NCBI RefSeq assembly: GCF_009914755.1
Contig: NC_060931.1
DNA from: the human T2T-CHM13v2.0 reference genome, Homo sapiens
Direction: 5' to 3' (one strand)
DNA: 64,000 nucleotides
The notes under the pieces: model-generated
Database searches by the model: none
Seen by the model: the letters and a program-made list of their open reading frames with translations, nothing else
What the model was told of the DNA's origin: nothing
Program-made: the position numbers and the translations under genes
Shown: in pieces, positions 15,700 to 31,234 of the stretch
Position numbering within the stretch: position 1 is the stretch's first letter
How the letters are laid out: each line of letters starts with the position of its first letter

Positions 15700-16085
15700 A
15701 AATATCCAATTCTAGAAAAAGGCAGCAATGATCTCTTAACTGCCAGATGAGTGGCTTTTCTAGTTTGCATTCTTTTAACCACTCAGGGGCACATGTAAAG
15801 TTAAACTCTTTTTGATATTCTGTCTTTCCTTGGCTTACGAGATAGCGTTTTCCTGAATCTGTTCACTCTCGGTCTACATTTCTGATGTGTGTTTGTCACC
15901 AGTCACTTAAGTGTTACTAGATCCCGGGGCCCTATCCTTGAGAATCTCCTTTCCTTTTCTATTTGTACTCTTCTACTCTGATGGCTTAAAATTACTAGGT
16001 GCACATGATTCTGATTTGTTTTCAGCCCAGGGCTTTCCTTTGAATTTCTGACTCACACTTCCTACTAGGGCATAGACATCAGGTG
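15700..16085 (+). mobile_element. L2 fragment
   Basis: Degenerate pyrimidine-rich L2 ORF2-like sequence (cagcaatgatctcttaactgccaga; cagcccagggctttcctttgaatttctgactc). Confidence 0.6.
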
Positions 16086-16109
16086 TCCCGCATATAGTAC
16101 ATAGGGATA

Positions 16110-16350
16110 TGAGGCAATCTAGTGTAGTTAGTGTCAAGAGCATAGGCTCTGAAGATAGAATGCCTCAGTTTGAATGCTAAGTCTACCAGTTGTGTGAACT
16201 TAAGTTGTTTAACCCTTCTGTAGCTCAGTTTCCTTATCTGTGAAATGGAGGTAAAAATAACAATCTATATTATAGGGCTTTTATAAGGGTGAAATGAACT
16301 TTGAATGGAGACTGGCATATAATAAGTATTACATAGTGTGTGTTAAATGA
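16110..16350 (+). mobile_element. MIR
   Basis: aagagcataggctctg ... ctcagtttccttatctgtgaaatggagg. Confidence 0.85.
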
Positions 16351-16468
16351 AATAAGTAACACTATAATTTATGATTCTTAAAATATTCCTTATAATCCCC
16401 CTTATGCACATATTTGTAAAGTTGCATGTCCTGAGTTTTAATATGGCCATCATAGATACCATTTAAAG

Positions 16469-16797
<329 letters not shown>

Positions 16798-18541
16798 TAA
16801 CTTGGTGATATCTAAGCTTGAGGCACTTGGATAAACAACAAGCTCAAGCTCAAGCTAGATGCTCGCAGAGGTCAAAGGGCTCCTGGTTAGGCAAAGAGAA
16901 GCAGGGATATAGAGCAGGCCATGCTTGATCTATTTTATACTCCGCCTAAAATCTTAGTTCTGCCTAAGAGCTTAGTGAATAGCATGGTCTGCTCTGCCAC
17001 AATAGATGACTAACATCTAAATTGGGATTTCAGGATTTTAAAGAAGCTTACAACTTTCAACCTTTCTCCATTCCTTCTAATCCACAATACCCTTTTCTTG
17101 ACCCACTCTCTGGTATTCTGATGCTAGGGAAAATAATAAAGAAATTTAAGAAGGCTATATGTCTTGAAAGGGCAGAAATTATGTCTTGTTCACTGTAACC
17201 CAGCACCTAAGCAGAGTGCCTGGCTTATAATTGAAATTCGATAAATACTTCTTGAATAAAACAATAAATGTCAAAAGTGGATGGGGCAAAAGAAGTCAAA
17301 TTTCTATTTCTACAGCTGATACTGCTGACTCAACATGCCTCAGAAACAACCATATACTACACTCCCACTCCACCTCACCCAATCCACACATACTCCTGTA
17401 ATTCCTAACAGTAGCTGCTAATGGCCCAACCTGTAGTAAGTCTCAAAGACAATCCGTTATATCCTCCTTTAATTTTTAAAATATGAAAAGAAATACAGAG
17501 GATCCTTTCCTAAAGGTGTCTCTTGAATTAAGCACATCCTATGATTTGATTTAAGTGGCAAAAAATTGATTTTTAAAAGTGTTAATACAGTATAATGATA
17601 AGGTATTATAATTAACTCAGCCAGGAAGCCTGAAATTTCATGGTTACTTAATGTCCCACCTTCCTCCCCTTTTCCTCTCAACGTTAACATCTCAACAGTT
17701 TATTTATACAGTACTCAAAAATGCCTATAGGAAAATACATAAACTTTAAATGAGATGCAAATTTGACATCTGCCAGTTCAGTCTTGCACAGTTTTATCTT
17801 CTCCATCTTAGCTGAATTTGAGAGTTTTCTTTAGGTACAAATTCATTTCCTTCTAAATATTATGGGTTAAACATTAAATACAAAAAGAACAAACAGAATA
17901 GTAAAAAGCTATGTTTCAATACTGGAAAATGCAAATATCACTGTGTGACCTTTGATATAATAGTTTTTTAGTCTAACACCAGAAATAATTATATCAGTGG
18001 CCTGCTTCCTGCCATCTCTACAGAGGTGTAATGAAGAAATCTTAGTTAATATGTACTAGACAAGAAAGTAGCTTAGAAGACAATGCTTTTAATTACTAAA
18101 CAGGAAGCAAAAAACAGTTGTGGACAGGAATATTAAATAGAGATCATCACTTGACCTTCAAATACAAGAGAATGACTAATAATTTTGTCAGCTCTTTTGT
18201 CAGTAAAGGGATTTGATAGGGGTATGTAAGAATGTTCATAGTCCGAAAGATACTGACCCTTTAATAAAAATAATAAAAACACTGAGGCATTCACCAAGTT
18301 AATAATTCTTGTCATTTCAGTATCAATCAAAAGACATTATGTCAAGCAACTATATTCTCTGAACCATTTTCAGTACAGTGAACTTAACTGTTCCCTGAAT
18401 GCCTTCTGATCTATTTAGATGTTTCTTCACCAGCATCATCAAAAACATTATATAGAGTCTCACCTTCATATATTATGGAATAGGATAAAATGCCAAATGC
18501 AGAGAATTAAATCAACATTGCCTTTGATCTCTAAGGACCTA

Positions 18542-18870
<329 letters not shown>

Positions 18871-19499
18871 ATTGTACACACTATAATTCTGGATATCTTT
18901 ATGAACAAATCAGATAAGCCATTTGTCAATCTACTGTCATATTTCTTAACTATTCAAAATTGGTTGATGAGTGACAGATGCACAACACTAACGCAAAAAT
19001 GGCATGACCAATGGAAAGAAACAAAGGAACCAATTTGATACTTTTTTTATCCCATCAACAAGTTACAAATATGTAAGTGGGCTTTAAGTGAACTAATGAA
19101 TGACAATCTTTTTAAAGTTTACATATATAGACAGTGGGTAGTTGACAACTCTGGAGACTATTTGATTATAATTTATTTATGTTTATTTATAATTTATTTA
19201 TACACTGCCTGGACTTAAGGCAGCTAACAGAGCTGTGAAAATATAATGAAAAAATAACTTTAAAATGAAAAAGATAAAGCAGAGAGAATATAAAGATAGA
19301 AAAGTAATAAAGAGATAATAATTAATATATAAATTCCAGTCAATATAGCCCTGCTAGGCAAAACTGCTAAAAGCACTCACAGATTCCACTTTCAGCTTTC
19401 AGACACAAAGATTACAACAGCTATAAGGTAAAACAAAATTTGCGTCTCTGTAAAAGAACAACTATTTGGCTTGCTAGTTAGCCTACTCAGCCAAAACAA

Positions 19500-19860
19500 C
19501 AAAAGAAATCCTTGATTTTTTCCATTTCCCTCACCTGTCAGACTCAATCCATTAGTAAATTCTATGGGCTTTACTTCCTAAATATATCCTCAAAATATGC
19601 CCATTCTTCATTTCTAATGACACAACCCTAGTCCAATATACTACCCTTTCTCATCTGGATTCTTCCAAAAGCCTCTTATCTGGTCTCTGCACAATTTATT
19701 CCCTACATAGTAACCAGTAAGATCATTTAAAAACACAAATCAAATCTTGTCACTCCTCTGTATACAACTGCCTGTGGCTTTCTACTGTACTTTCAACAAA
19801 ATCCAAGCTCTTTCCCATGATATTTGTGATCCAGACCTTGACCATCTCTCTAAACACATC
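19500..19860 (+). mobile_element. L2 fragment
   Basis: tctcatctggattcttccaaaagcctctt; aaaacacaaatcaaatcttgtcactcctctg. Confidence 0.7.
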
Positions 19861-19879
19861 TCTAGGATCCTTAAAAGTA

Positions 19880-20190
19880 AAAACAGGAGGCAGGAGAACA
19901 GTCAGTGCCAGAGTGATGCAATATAAGACTCTATGAACCACTGCTGGCTTTGAAGGTGGAATGGAGCCATGAGCCAAGGATGCAGGCAGGCTGTAGAGGC
20001 TGGAAAAGGCAGGAAAACTAATTCTCCCCTAGAGCCTCCAAAAGGAATGCAGCCTTGCTGATGCCTTGATTTTAGCCTAGTGAAACACATCAGACTTCTG
20101 ACCTACAGAATTGTAAGGTAATAAATTTGTGTTATGATAAACCATTAAGTTTGTGTTAATTTGCTATAACAGCAATTTGAAACAAATACA
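19880..20190 (+). mobile_element. MLT1 (MLT1D-like) MaLR LTR, 3' part
   Basis: gctggaaaaggcaggaaaactaattctcccctagagcctcc ... aataaatttgtgt ... aacaaataca end. Confidence 0.85.
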
Positions 20191-20199
20191 GATTGGAAT

Positions 20200-21000
20200 A
20201 AAAACCTCCCACCCAAGATAAAAATACAGAACAAAATTATGAAACATCTTTTAAAAGGGTAACAATAAGGGAAGGCCAATAAAATAAAATTTAGGAGAAA
20301 TACTCACTAGATAAAAATACAAATCTTAACATAATCTAAAGAATTTGAAAAAAGTTTACAAACTCAAAAAGATGAAAGATGACATGTCCATAAAATAAAA
20401 CATAATTCAAACAAATTAAAAAATACCAAGTACAAATGAAGAAGAACCAATTAGAAACACAAGAATAAAATATGTATAGTCATTAAAATTTTAAAAAGAA
20501 CCAATAGATTAAATAAACTGTAGACTTACCACAGTAAAAGAAAGAAGTAGAAATTTTCAAAGAGCATTAAGAGGCACACAATGCATCCCAGAAAGATAAT
20601 GCAATTAAAAAAATAAAGGAGCAGTTAAAGGACATGAGGGAGATATTGAGAAGCTCCAACATATATCCAGTAGGTGTCACACAAAAGAGAGAAAGGGAAA
20701 CAAAATTAGGAGAAATAATGAAAAAGAAGTTTCCAGAACTGAATAAAGATATATAGAAAAGTATACACTGAAAGTCAAGAAGGAAAACAAAAAATAAATC
20801 CACCTGCAGAAACATGATAGGGAGTCTATAATAAATGAAGATAAAAAGAAAAGCTTTTCTCATTAGCAACAGATTACAGAAGACTATTAAATACTATGTT
20901 CAAAATATGAGGGAATTAGAACTCTATACCAGCTAAACTATTAGTCAAGAATGAGCTACATAAAAGATGAATATCATTCAAGGTATATTTTATCTTAATA
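20200..21000 (+). mobile_element. Ancient L1/HAL1 ORF1-like fragment
   Basis: Very A-rich; agaagctccaacatatatccagtaggtgtcacacaaaagagag; agaactctataccagctaaactatta. Confidence 0.6.
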
Positions 21001-21454
21001 ATGAAATTATGTCCATATATACCAAAGACAGGGAACAAGGGATGAAATGATAACAATAATTTACATTTCGAGGTGTTTACCACTTGCCAAGCCTGGTGTT
21101 GGGGACTCTACATTCACTACTTTCATTCACGGAGCAATGACTGAGTACTCGGGCATTGGGCCAAGAGCGTACATCTAACACAAGCTAATCCTCCAAGCAC
21201 TTATCAGATAGGCATTATATTAAAAATAAAAATAAAAACTAGGGCCCATGGAAGCTAAAGCTAAAGCAGATCTTGCTAAAGCAAGATCATATATCTCCTT
21301 TGCTACTTTCATATAGCTCCTCAGCTACTAAGTGGCAGGGAATCATTTGCTTACACTTTTGCTGTTTCCTGTCTCTATGCTGGAAACACGTCGTTACCTC
21401 TGCTGGGAATGTCTTTTCTCATCCCCTAACCAGGCAGTTTAACTTCAAAATGTC

Positions 21455-21771
21455 TTTTTTGGTTTTTTTTGGTTTTTTTTTGTTTTTTTTGAGACAGAGT
21501 TTCACTCTTGTTGCCCAAGCTGGAATGCAATGGTGTGATCTTGGCTCACCACAACCTTGCCTCCCAGGTTCAAGGGATTCTCCTGCCTCAACCTTCCAAG
21601 TAGCTGGGATTACAGGCAGGCATCACCATTCCTGGCTAATTTTTGTATTTTTAGTACAGAAGGGGTTTCTCCATGTTGGTCAGGCTGGTCTCGAACTCCT
21701 GACCTCAGGTGATCCACCCACCTTGGCCTCTCAAAGTGCTAGGAATACAGGCATGAGCCACCGTGCCCAGC
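21455..21771 (-). mobile_element. Alu (Sq/Sp-like)
   Basis: gagacagagtttcactcttgttgccc...; TSD cttcaaaat. Confidence 0.96.
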
Positions 21772-22242
21772 CCTTCAAAATTTATTTTAAAGTTTTTTTC
21801 TTTCTCTTGGATTTCAATATACAACCTTGAAGCAAACTGTAGAAGCCTTTTTCCTTAGTCTTAAAATAGATTCTATGACCCTCCTTTTCTCACCGTATGT
21901 ACTCCCTTCACACTCATCTAACTGTATGCTAATATCTAATTATGTGTCTTCTTAGAAATTCCAGGGGCTAATATTGAGACAGACAGACTTGGTCTAGAGA
22001 CCCAGCTGCAAAATACCAGAGATTAAGGTGGTGGCTAGTTAACAACCCAGCCATTGTTGAGACATCAGTCCAAGGTCCAGGTGGACTGGGACCAAAGACA
22101 GACAGCCACCAAAACAAGATACATGTGCATTGTACTCAGCCCAATTCTTGCACACCTTCCTTATCAAGCTTTCCCTTTTTAAATGCCTGCCATCCCCCCA
22201 AAAAGCGAAGCAGTTACTTTGGATAGAAATCTGGCTGCTTCC

Positions 22243-22595
<353 letters not shown>

Positions 22596-23350
22596 TTACT
22601 AGTTTTGGTTAATAAGTTCACTTTCTTTCTACCAGATCTTGCTCTTGTTAACTGGACTCTGCAAGCAGTGAGCATCTGGGCCTGCTTGGCTCGGTTACAA
22701 TCCTTCTGGAACTGATTCAAATACCACCTTTGTAAAGTCTTTGCTGACCACCACCATCAGTCACCATAGTTGCTTCTATTCTGTTTTCCCACTGAGGTAC
22801 ATATTGTACCTTAATCATAGTACTTAACATACTAACACTGGTTATTGTTAGATGCTATTTTGGGGGAAGGAGGCCTGTAATACCACCATAGTCAATAAAT
22901 ATTTGTTGAATAAGTCAACAAGCAAAATAACATTTTAAAATATATACTATAATGCTAGGTACATCGTCAAGAGGTTGTGATTATTAACGTGAACTCTGAG
23001 GAATATTATATTTGTGTTTCATAAAGACTATAAAAAGACAACTTGGTCACAGCAGGATATTAGGAAGAAGTGACCATAAATAAATTCATTTAAATAACTT
23101 ACATTTCCTGAGCATCTATCTTCTGCAAAGATAGATGCTCATGTACTGCAGGGACACCAAGCTGGTCGCTGTCCTCAGAAGAGATTCTGACATATCCAAA
23201 TGCTACGTACATTAGTTTGAAATTTAAGAAAAAGTGTGCATTAAGTGGACCCAGAGTTGTTACACTGCCATGCTCTATTAGTAGAGACCAACTTAAATAT
23301 ATACCATTTTATCTGATAGCCAAATACCTCCAGGCATCTTTTAAAATTAA

Positions 23351-23710
<360 letters not shown>

Positions 23711-24529
23711 GATTTTTATGATACTTCTAAAAAGTATTAAGGGATATTAAAACTTCAGCCTATAGCTAAGTGACCTTTTAGTTTCTTTAAACTTCCAGAT
23801 AATTGATCACCCTTTGTAGGAAGTTGTCATTACTTCAGAATGTCTATTCCCTTTGATCCACCCCTTAAATTCTACATACTTAGAAAATTTTCTTTTTTCT
23901 TAAAAGTGTACGTAGCAACAGAATATTAAATTGGCTCTCTTTGTCCTAGTTCATCTGAAATACTGGTTAAGAACAAAAAACTATTTGTCAAATACTTCCA
24001 AAACAAATTCCAAAGCAAAGGCAAAATGCAAGACCATTTTTGCAGGATTTGCAAAGGACGCAGTCAAAAGTTTTGCAGTTCAGCACCCACACTGAGGCCA
24101 TAAAGGGACTGAAGACAGTAAATATTTAGGGGAAATTAACTGCTGTTCCGTGAGTCCCACCGCCCCCATAGGGAAGTGTGAGAAATGAAAAGAGCTACTG
24201 GGAGATGCCATCTGAGAGCACAGTGGACAGACTGGTCTGATCTTTACCAAAGAAATCTAAGAAACAGGCTGGCTGAAGAGGACTGTGAGGGAACTCTCCT
24301 CTCCTTGGTCAAAGGTTTCAATTTTGAGGAGGCACAGTCTCAAATTTCAAAATTTATTCCACTGGAATAGTGCTAGTAAAGTAAAATGATTGTGCTCCAA
24401 AATGAAGTATATAATAGGCATTCAATAAGCACTCACTGGATAATCCCATACTGTCCTTTCACGAAAACCTTTTCTAATGCAATCAAGTGGTTTTAATCCA
24501 TAGAAATTGATGTCCACTGGGAGCAATAC

Positions 24530-24730
24530 AGTAAAGAATCTTACAGATTTTGAAGCCAAATTCACCATATTTAAATTATAACTCTCTCACTTCCCCCTTC
24601 TGAAACTTGGGAGAAATTGTATCAATCTCTAGGAGCTTAGTTCTTCCATCTGTGAAATATAGGTAATAAAACCTAGTTAGAGGGTTGTGATGAATAAAGA
24701 AAACAACTGTAAAGTATCAGCACAATACTG
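24530..24730 (+). mobile_element. MIR
   Basis: cttagttcttccatctgtgaaatataggtaataaaacc ... agggttgtgatgaataaa. Confidence 0.7.
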
Positions 24731-25331
24731 AAAAGTCTAAACATATCAGCCCACTCTCTCTCACCCCATTTCTATTGACGCGTTCTTTCTTTAGGTATGT
24801 TAATGTTAAATGGTCTTGTTTAAAGGGGACATCTTTTTTGCTGCTTTTTGCCTGGCAGATTGACAGTCTTTTTAAAGTGATCTTACAATATGTGAATTAT
24901 CTACCGTGTGTGGATTTTAGTAGTTTAAAGTCTCCGTTTCGGGGTGACTCAATGCAACTCTAATTGCTGCCTGTTTATCAATACCAGCCTAAAAAATATA
25001 TCATTTTGGGTTCAACTACATTTGTGCCTAATACATACCACATCTTTTCAAAAGTTACGTATTTATTTATGCCCTTAAAAACACACATCTGTGGTATCCA
25101 TGCGCCTTGGAAAAGAAATCAGAACTGGGTCAGTTGAAAGCACAGGATATATTCAATCTGTTTTAGTCATCAGTCCTCTTGTCTAGAAAACTTCAGTGAA
25201 AGCTGAATGAGCTAATTACAGGAAAAGAAATTAACAAATAAAAAAGCTGACTTAAGAGTTGCTGGGAAACAAAGGATAAAAGAAAATATTCAGCATCCTA
25301 CATAAGTAGGATGTGGTTTAAGTTTTCTTAT

Positions 25332-25437
25332 TGCTTGAGCCTAGAAGGTCAAGGCTGCAGTGACCTATGAGTGCGCCACTGCACTCCAGCCTGGTCAACA
25401 GAGTAAGACTCTGTCTCAAAATTTAAAAATAAACAAA
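25332..25437 (+). mobile_element. Partial Alu right arm / FLAM-like
   Basis: tgcttgagcctagaaggtcaaggctgcagtga ... gactctgtctcaaaa. Confidence 0.85.
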
Positions 25438-26123
25438 CTTTTTTTTATGGTCTTAAGTATTTTTATGCATTTCCCTGAGTCCAAAATCAAAGGCAAAGGG
25501 AGACTAGTGTATGACTGTTTATTTCTATATTGTCAGCATTTTAATAAAACTATACATAGTTTTTCTCTTATGTCACTGAGTTATTTTGTTTCTGAGACCA
25601 CTGAATATTTTCCCTGGGGAGCATAGGAAAGTCTTCAGGAAACTATCCTGAACGAATGCATCTAGTGAACAGTACACAGGACAAAGAAACAGGAGAGGAC
25701 CAGTCTTTGTTCTGTGTCCTCTGAAGAGTCACATCTATTCTTATTATCATCAGAATATATTTCTGAAGTGTTTCAAAGCCTTTTGATAAAAACTCTTTAT
25801 AAACAGAAGGCTGCTTATGTCAGTTCAAAAATTCTGAAATTCACTATAGCTCAAGCTTTCGTATTTGAAAATCTCCTGGGGAAAAATATTTGAGAAATGT
25901 CTACCTTTTGAGATATAAGTTGTTGTCTAAAAAAACAAACAAAAAATGGATTCATTCTAATTGTGGCTATTCATGGAAGGCACCATTTTAAAAAGTCAAA
26001 GCATTTATACATTGAAACATTCTTTTATTGGTAAATCTTAGGTTGTCCCATTTGAAGAATCATGATTGATTCTATCATAAGCAGCCTATCTTTTAGAATA
26101 GGTGACAAGAACATTGGTGATAC

Positions 26124-27037
26124 TGTAAACCAAAAATGAAATTTTAAGCCTCCAACTGACTCAATGGACCTCTCCTTTTGGCCTAGGGGATCCCAGAGAA
26201 ATCTGAAAATGTAGCTTAGGCCTTGACAGGAATGGAGGAGGGATATGCTTAGTTATCCATGCTCCCTTTGGAGTTTAGGCACAAATGACCAGCATTAACA
26301 TTAAAATAGAGGTCATCAGAATGACAAAACAGATTCTTTGTAGCAATACCCACCTCCAAACTGTCTCTGGTATAGCATCACAGGAAAGATGGCAGGCCCT
26401 GAAAGGAATCAAAGTATTTTATCCCAAAATATATTTCTTTGACGTATTTTAAAATGGCCTTCCAAAGCCATCTCTTGTGGAGGAAATATGCATTCTGTAG
26501 AGAATCCCTTTCCCTTTCCAGGTCTTTTCCTGACCCAGGAGAGAGTAACTAAGAGTCTGACACCTTTTAAGGTCTGATAAGAGACATTTACCATCTATTC
26601 TCTTTGAAGCCTGCTACCTGGAGCCTTGATCTATTACTATATAACAAGAATCTTCACTTCCACCATCCCCTTTTACCTTACTTAATTCAAGCATTTATTT
26701 CTATTAACTTCAACTCTTTAGGCAAAGCTTAACTTTTTCAACCAATTGCCAATCAGAAAATTTTGGAATCCATTTATGTCCTGGAAGCTCCTCCTTCAAT
26801 GTTCTAGATGTGCTGCTTTTCCAGGCTGAACCAATGTATACCTTACTGTATTGATTTATGTCTTTGCCTGTAACTTCTATCTCCCTAAAACGTATAAAGC
26901 CAAGCTGTAACCCAACCACCTTGGGCATATGTTCTCAGGACCTCTTGAGACTGTGTTCCTGGCCACAGTCACTCATATTTGGCTCAGAATAAACATCTTC
27001 AAATGTTTTATAGAGTTTGACTTTTTTTTGGTCACTA
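26124..27037 (+). mobile_element. MER4-family (MER4D/E-like) ERV1 solo LTR
   Basis: Starts tgtaaaccaaaaatgaaattttaagcc; ends actcatatttggctcagaataaacatcttcaaatgttttatagagtttgac. Confidence 0.85.
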
Positions 27038-27266
27038 GTATCAATAGTAATATCAATAGTAGTATCAATAGCCTGCCAAGAAAGAAGACAGAGACTTTAT
27101 AGTGTGGTTTTCCCCTTCAGAACAGGTGCTTCTTTGCCTCTACTGTCTAAATTAATAACTAGCTTCTTTGTTGGGTCATTCCCCTGTTCTTTCCTCCCCT
27201 AAAAGGTTTCTGTTTTCTCCCACAAAAATTCAGCATCAGATAAGCTTAGCTATATCTATATCAGAG

Positions 27267-27974
27267 TGTTAGCGGCAGCGAATCCATACAGGTCTACAGG
27301 AACCTCAATTCTTGCCTTCTCAGAAGAATGAATTTGACTAAGGGCCATAACGCAGAAGCAGAGACCAAGGCAAGTTTTAGAATATGAATGAAAGTTTATT
27401 AAAAAGCTTTAGAGCAGGAACAAAAGGAAGGAAAGTACACTTGGAAGAGGGCCAAGCAAGCAGCTTGAAAGATATGTGCATGATTTGACCTTTTGACTTG
27501 GGGTTTATATGTTGGCATGCTTCCAGGGTGTTGCATCCCTTCCCTCCTGATTCTTCCCTTGGGGTGGGCTGTCCACATGTGCAGTGACCTGCTAGCGCTT
27601 GGGAGGGGAGCATGTGCAGTGTGTTTACTAGAGTTGTAGGCAAGCTCACTTGAGGTGTTCTTTCCTTACCAGTCAAATGGCCCTAGGTGGTCATATACCA
27701 GTTAAACTCCAACATTTTGCCTCTTAATGTACATGCTTGAGCTCACTCACCCAGCTCCTGAGATCTTATCAGGGAGCTGCTGATCACCAATTTCAGGTGT
27801 TTATAGAAAGACTGCCTTTCCCTAGTGTCAGCTGTGACCAATTATTATTTTAGAGAGACAGGGTGACAATTGCCTGACCATCACCTGAGGGTTGCCTGAC
27901 ATTCCTGGTGGTGGGGGCTGAGGGAAGAGTCCTCTCCTGCTTTGTTCATGCCTGATTAGCTACCTACTGTAACA
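27267..27974 (-). mobile_element. MER50-like ERV1 solo LTR with 4-bp TSD agag
   Basis: Minus strand begins tgttacagtaggtagctaatcaggcatgaac; TG...CA termini; agag at 27263-27266 and 27975-27978. Confidence 0.85.
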
Positions 27975-29327
27975 AGAGGACATACATTATAGTAGAGCAA
28001 GAAATCCAAGAAACACATCACAGGTAGGAAACTCTATTCAGTGCCAAATGCACCAAATAATCTGCTATAAATAAGTGTATCTCTGCTGTGTCAATTCCAC
28101 AAGACTTAACAAGAAGGAACTATATCAGATTACAGAATAATAAAACCCATATTGCTAAACAAATTAAGCATTTTATATTTATTATTTTAATTCAAATTAA
28201 CCAAGTTCTTTATGGTAGTGAGGTAAGGTAATAAAAAAACAATTCATTTTCAGAGGGAAATTAGATTTATATGAATCATTACCATGAGAAGAATCAATGA
28301 ATTGGTAATTTGTAATGACAGGAAAATAAAAAAATGGGTCACTAGGGAAAGAAGCAAATCAGTGCACTAAAATCTTTAAAACCACCACAATATGTGAAAA
28401 CATATTTTTAAGAGTGTACTTAAAAGATTTCTATTTGATATATTTTAATATACAGGAATTTAAAATTCACCCATACATTGATATCTCAATTTTCAAAAAA
28501 ATCTATGCCACTGAGACAGAAGATTTTTGAATCATTCTGTTGTTTTGACTTTTTAAATGTCCTTTTCTCTCCTCAGCTATTTTTTAAGCATAAGAGCTTT
28601 CCTATCTTGAAGACATTTAAAAATAGTTCATTCTGAAGAAACTATCAAAGGGACATCAACTGGCACATATGCTTGGCATCAGGGCACACCAAATGGCCCA
28701 ATTAAACCATTTGCAGTCTTTACAAGATACAATTTAAATGTACCCAAGAAATGTCAAATGGTTCCTCATGTAGAATTATCTTTACCAATGAGCTATGTCC
28801 CAGGAACTGAGCACCTAAATCCCTGCAGAAATCCATGAGGTACAGTTTGTCTCAGACACACACTGGAGCATGTTAATTACCACAGAAGAGAAGGCGTTTT
28901 CAAGTTGAACACAACGATCAGAAATGCCTTCTTCAGTATGGAAAATATGGTCAGAGGAACATCAAACTCTGCCAGCACCTCCCTCTGTTGGCAAGTGTAT
29001 TCCCCATACCAGGTTCTAAAATCAATTGCTCTAAAATCAATCTCAGGAGGAAAACCTCTATACTTCTTCCTTTCTCCACTGGGAAAGTCTTCGACAGTTC
29101 AGGATATGTCTTCCCGATGTGATAAATTTAAAGAACAATAGTAAAAGATAGAAGAGAATTCCTAGTAAAGTTACAGGCTCAATCTATATATTCTTCACTA
29201 GAAAACCAAAATACAGCAATAAATTAGGAAACAAAATAGTTGGGCTGGCTCAAAAGTGACCACCACTAGTAGCACTGACCCTCCCACCCATCCCTTTCTC
29301 TAGTCATGGATTTGACACGTTTCTTCC

Positions 29328-29620
29328 TTCTTTTTTTTTTTTTCCCAGAAACAGGGTGCCACTCTGTCGCCCAGGCTGGAGTGCAGTGGTGCAATCACGT
29401 CTCACTGCAGTCTCAAACTCTTGGGCTCGGGCAAGCTTCCCATCTCAGCCTCCGAGTAGCTGGAACTACAGGTGTGAGCCACCACGTCCACTTTTTTTGT
29501 AGACACAGAGTCCCGCAACGTTCACCAGGCTGGTCTCAAACTCTTGACTTTATGGAATGTTCCTGCCTTGCTCAGCCTCCCAAAGTGCTAAGATTATAGG
29601 CGTGAGCCACCACGCTCAGC
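29328..29620 (-). mobile_element. AluJ (diverged)
   Basis: ctctgtcgcccaggctggagtgcagtggtgcaatcacgtctcactgcagtctc. Confidence 0.92.
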
Positions 29621-30811
29621 TGAGTTGGCAAGTTTCTGAACGTGGTTCTACACCTGGCACACTGATGCAGGAAGCCTGCACCTCAGAAGGCAGAGCTCTC
29701 ATAGCTTGGCTGCCCTTACTTCCTCTTTGGAAGCCTGTTTCCATTGCTAAGATACCCTGACAGGGATTCTCTTCCTAACCCGTTTGCAAACCTTTGCTCA
29801 GGCCTCTGTTCTCTTCCGCACTATCTAACTTTCTGCTGGGTGCTGGTTTCTAATTTTCTTTGACCCCTGTCTGTTGTCAAACTGCTTTCGTAGGCTGGAT
29901 CCTTGGGCCGCACTTCTTCGCCACTCTGCAGAAGCTTAATTGCTGTCCTTGGTCAAGAATATATAATGACAACTGACTGAAAAATAATCCATTAGGCTCC
30001 AAAGGACATAATGGGTAGAGGGATGAGGAAATTCAGGAGAAGGAGCAGAATTACTTGTAAGCCTATAAGCATCAGCCTAAGCAGTAACTATGCATATATC
30101 TGAACATACATTCTTATAATCATGGGATCCGATGTGCTAAATTCTAGTAGCTAATACGCACCATGCCAATACCAGAAATTTATCATATTGATGTATGTGT
30201 GGCAATGACATACTTAGGCTAGTGCTTTTAGAATTGGCATATTTAATAAAAACTCATGACATTGAACTATTTTTTAATATTCTGTATATTTTATCATTAA
30301 AGCCTAATATCAAAAAGCTATGTTACTTTAAATTCATCTCTAATTCTATATTTACAGATACATTTAAGAATAACCTGTTTATTTAAACAACTAATATATC
30401 TCTGAGTATATTCATATCTATTTAGCATGGCATAGCATTTAATAGATTGTTATTAATGAAAATCTAGTAAAAATAAAGCAAATAACACAAATGCAGTCTT
30501 TATCATTTATAACATAATCAGTTCCATAAAACACTACACTAATGACCTTCTGTCAACCATATAGCAGAACATGGCAATTTTGCTCAGTGATATCTTCTTC
30601 CTGCCTCTTAGGCCTGGAGTTAAGATGAAGCCTGAGATGTAAAACCAGACAGAAAGGAAGCCCTTATATTTACACACAATAATTACTTGGAAATACACTC
30701 ATCAGATTAAATCCCTCTAAATATATTGATATATCAACATCATCAACATCGTTTCAAGTAGCTATGTTAGATATTTAAAACATTTGAGGTAAAGCCCTTT
30801 CGTAATAATTA

Positions 30812-31234
30812 CAGGTGACCCTTGAACATCACAGGGTTAGAGTTGCTGACTCTGCACTATCAGAAATCCATGTATAACTTTTGACTCCCTCTAAAATTTA
30901 ACTACCAACAGCCTACTGTTGACCTGAAGCCTTACTGATAAATAGGCAGTCAATTAACACATATTTTGTGCATGTATTATATACTGTATTCTTAGAATAA
31001 TGTAAGCTGGAGAAAAGAAAATGTTAAGAAAATCATAAGGAAAAGAAAATATATTTACTATCCATTAAGTGGAAGCAATTAATCATAAAGGTCTTCATCC
31101 TCAATCATCTTCACCTTGAGTAGGCTGAGGAGGAGGAAGAGGAGGGCTTGGTCTTGCTGTCTCAGGGGTGGCAGAGACAGAGGAAAATCCACATATAAAT
31201 GCAGTTCAGCCCTGTGTTGCTCAAGGGTCAACTG
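30812..31234. mobile_element. Tigger2a/MER28 non-autonomous DNA transposon
   Basis: Terminal inverted repeats caggtgacccttgaacatcacaggg / ccctgtgttgctcaagggtcaactg, with TA on each side. Confidence 0.88.

Noticed and set aside
21273-21830. 185-aa ORF and other ORFs containing AQAGVQW or [11 protein letters not shown]
   Set aside because: Translations of antisense Alu.
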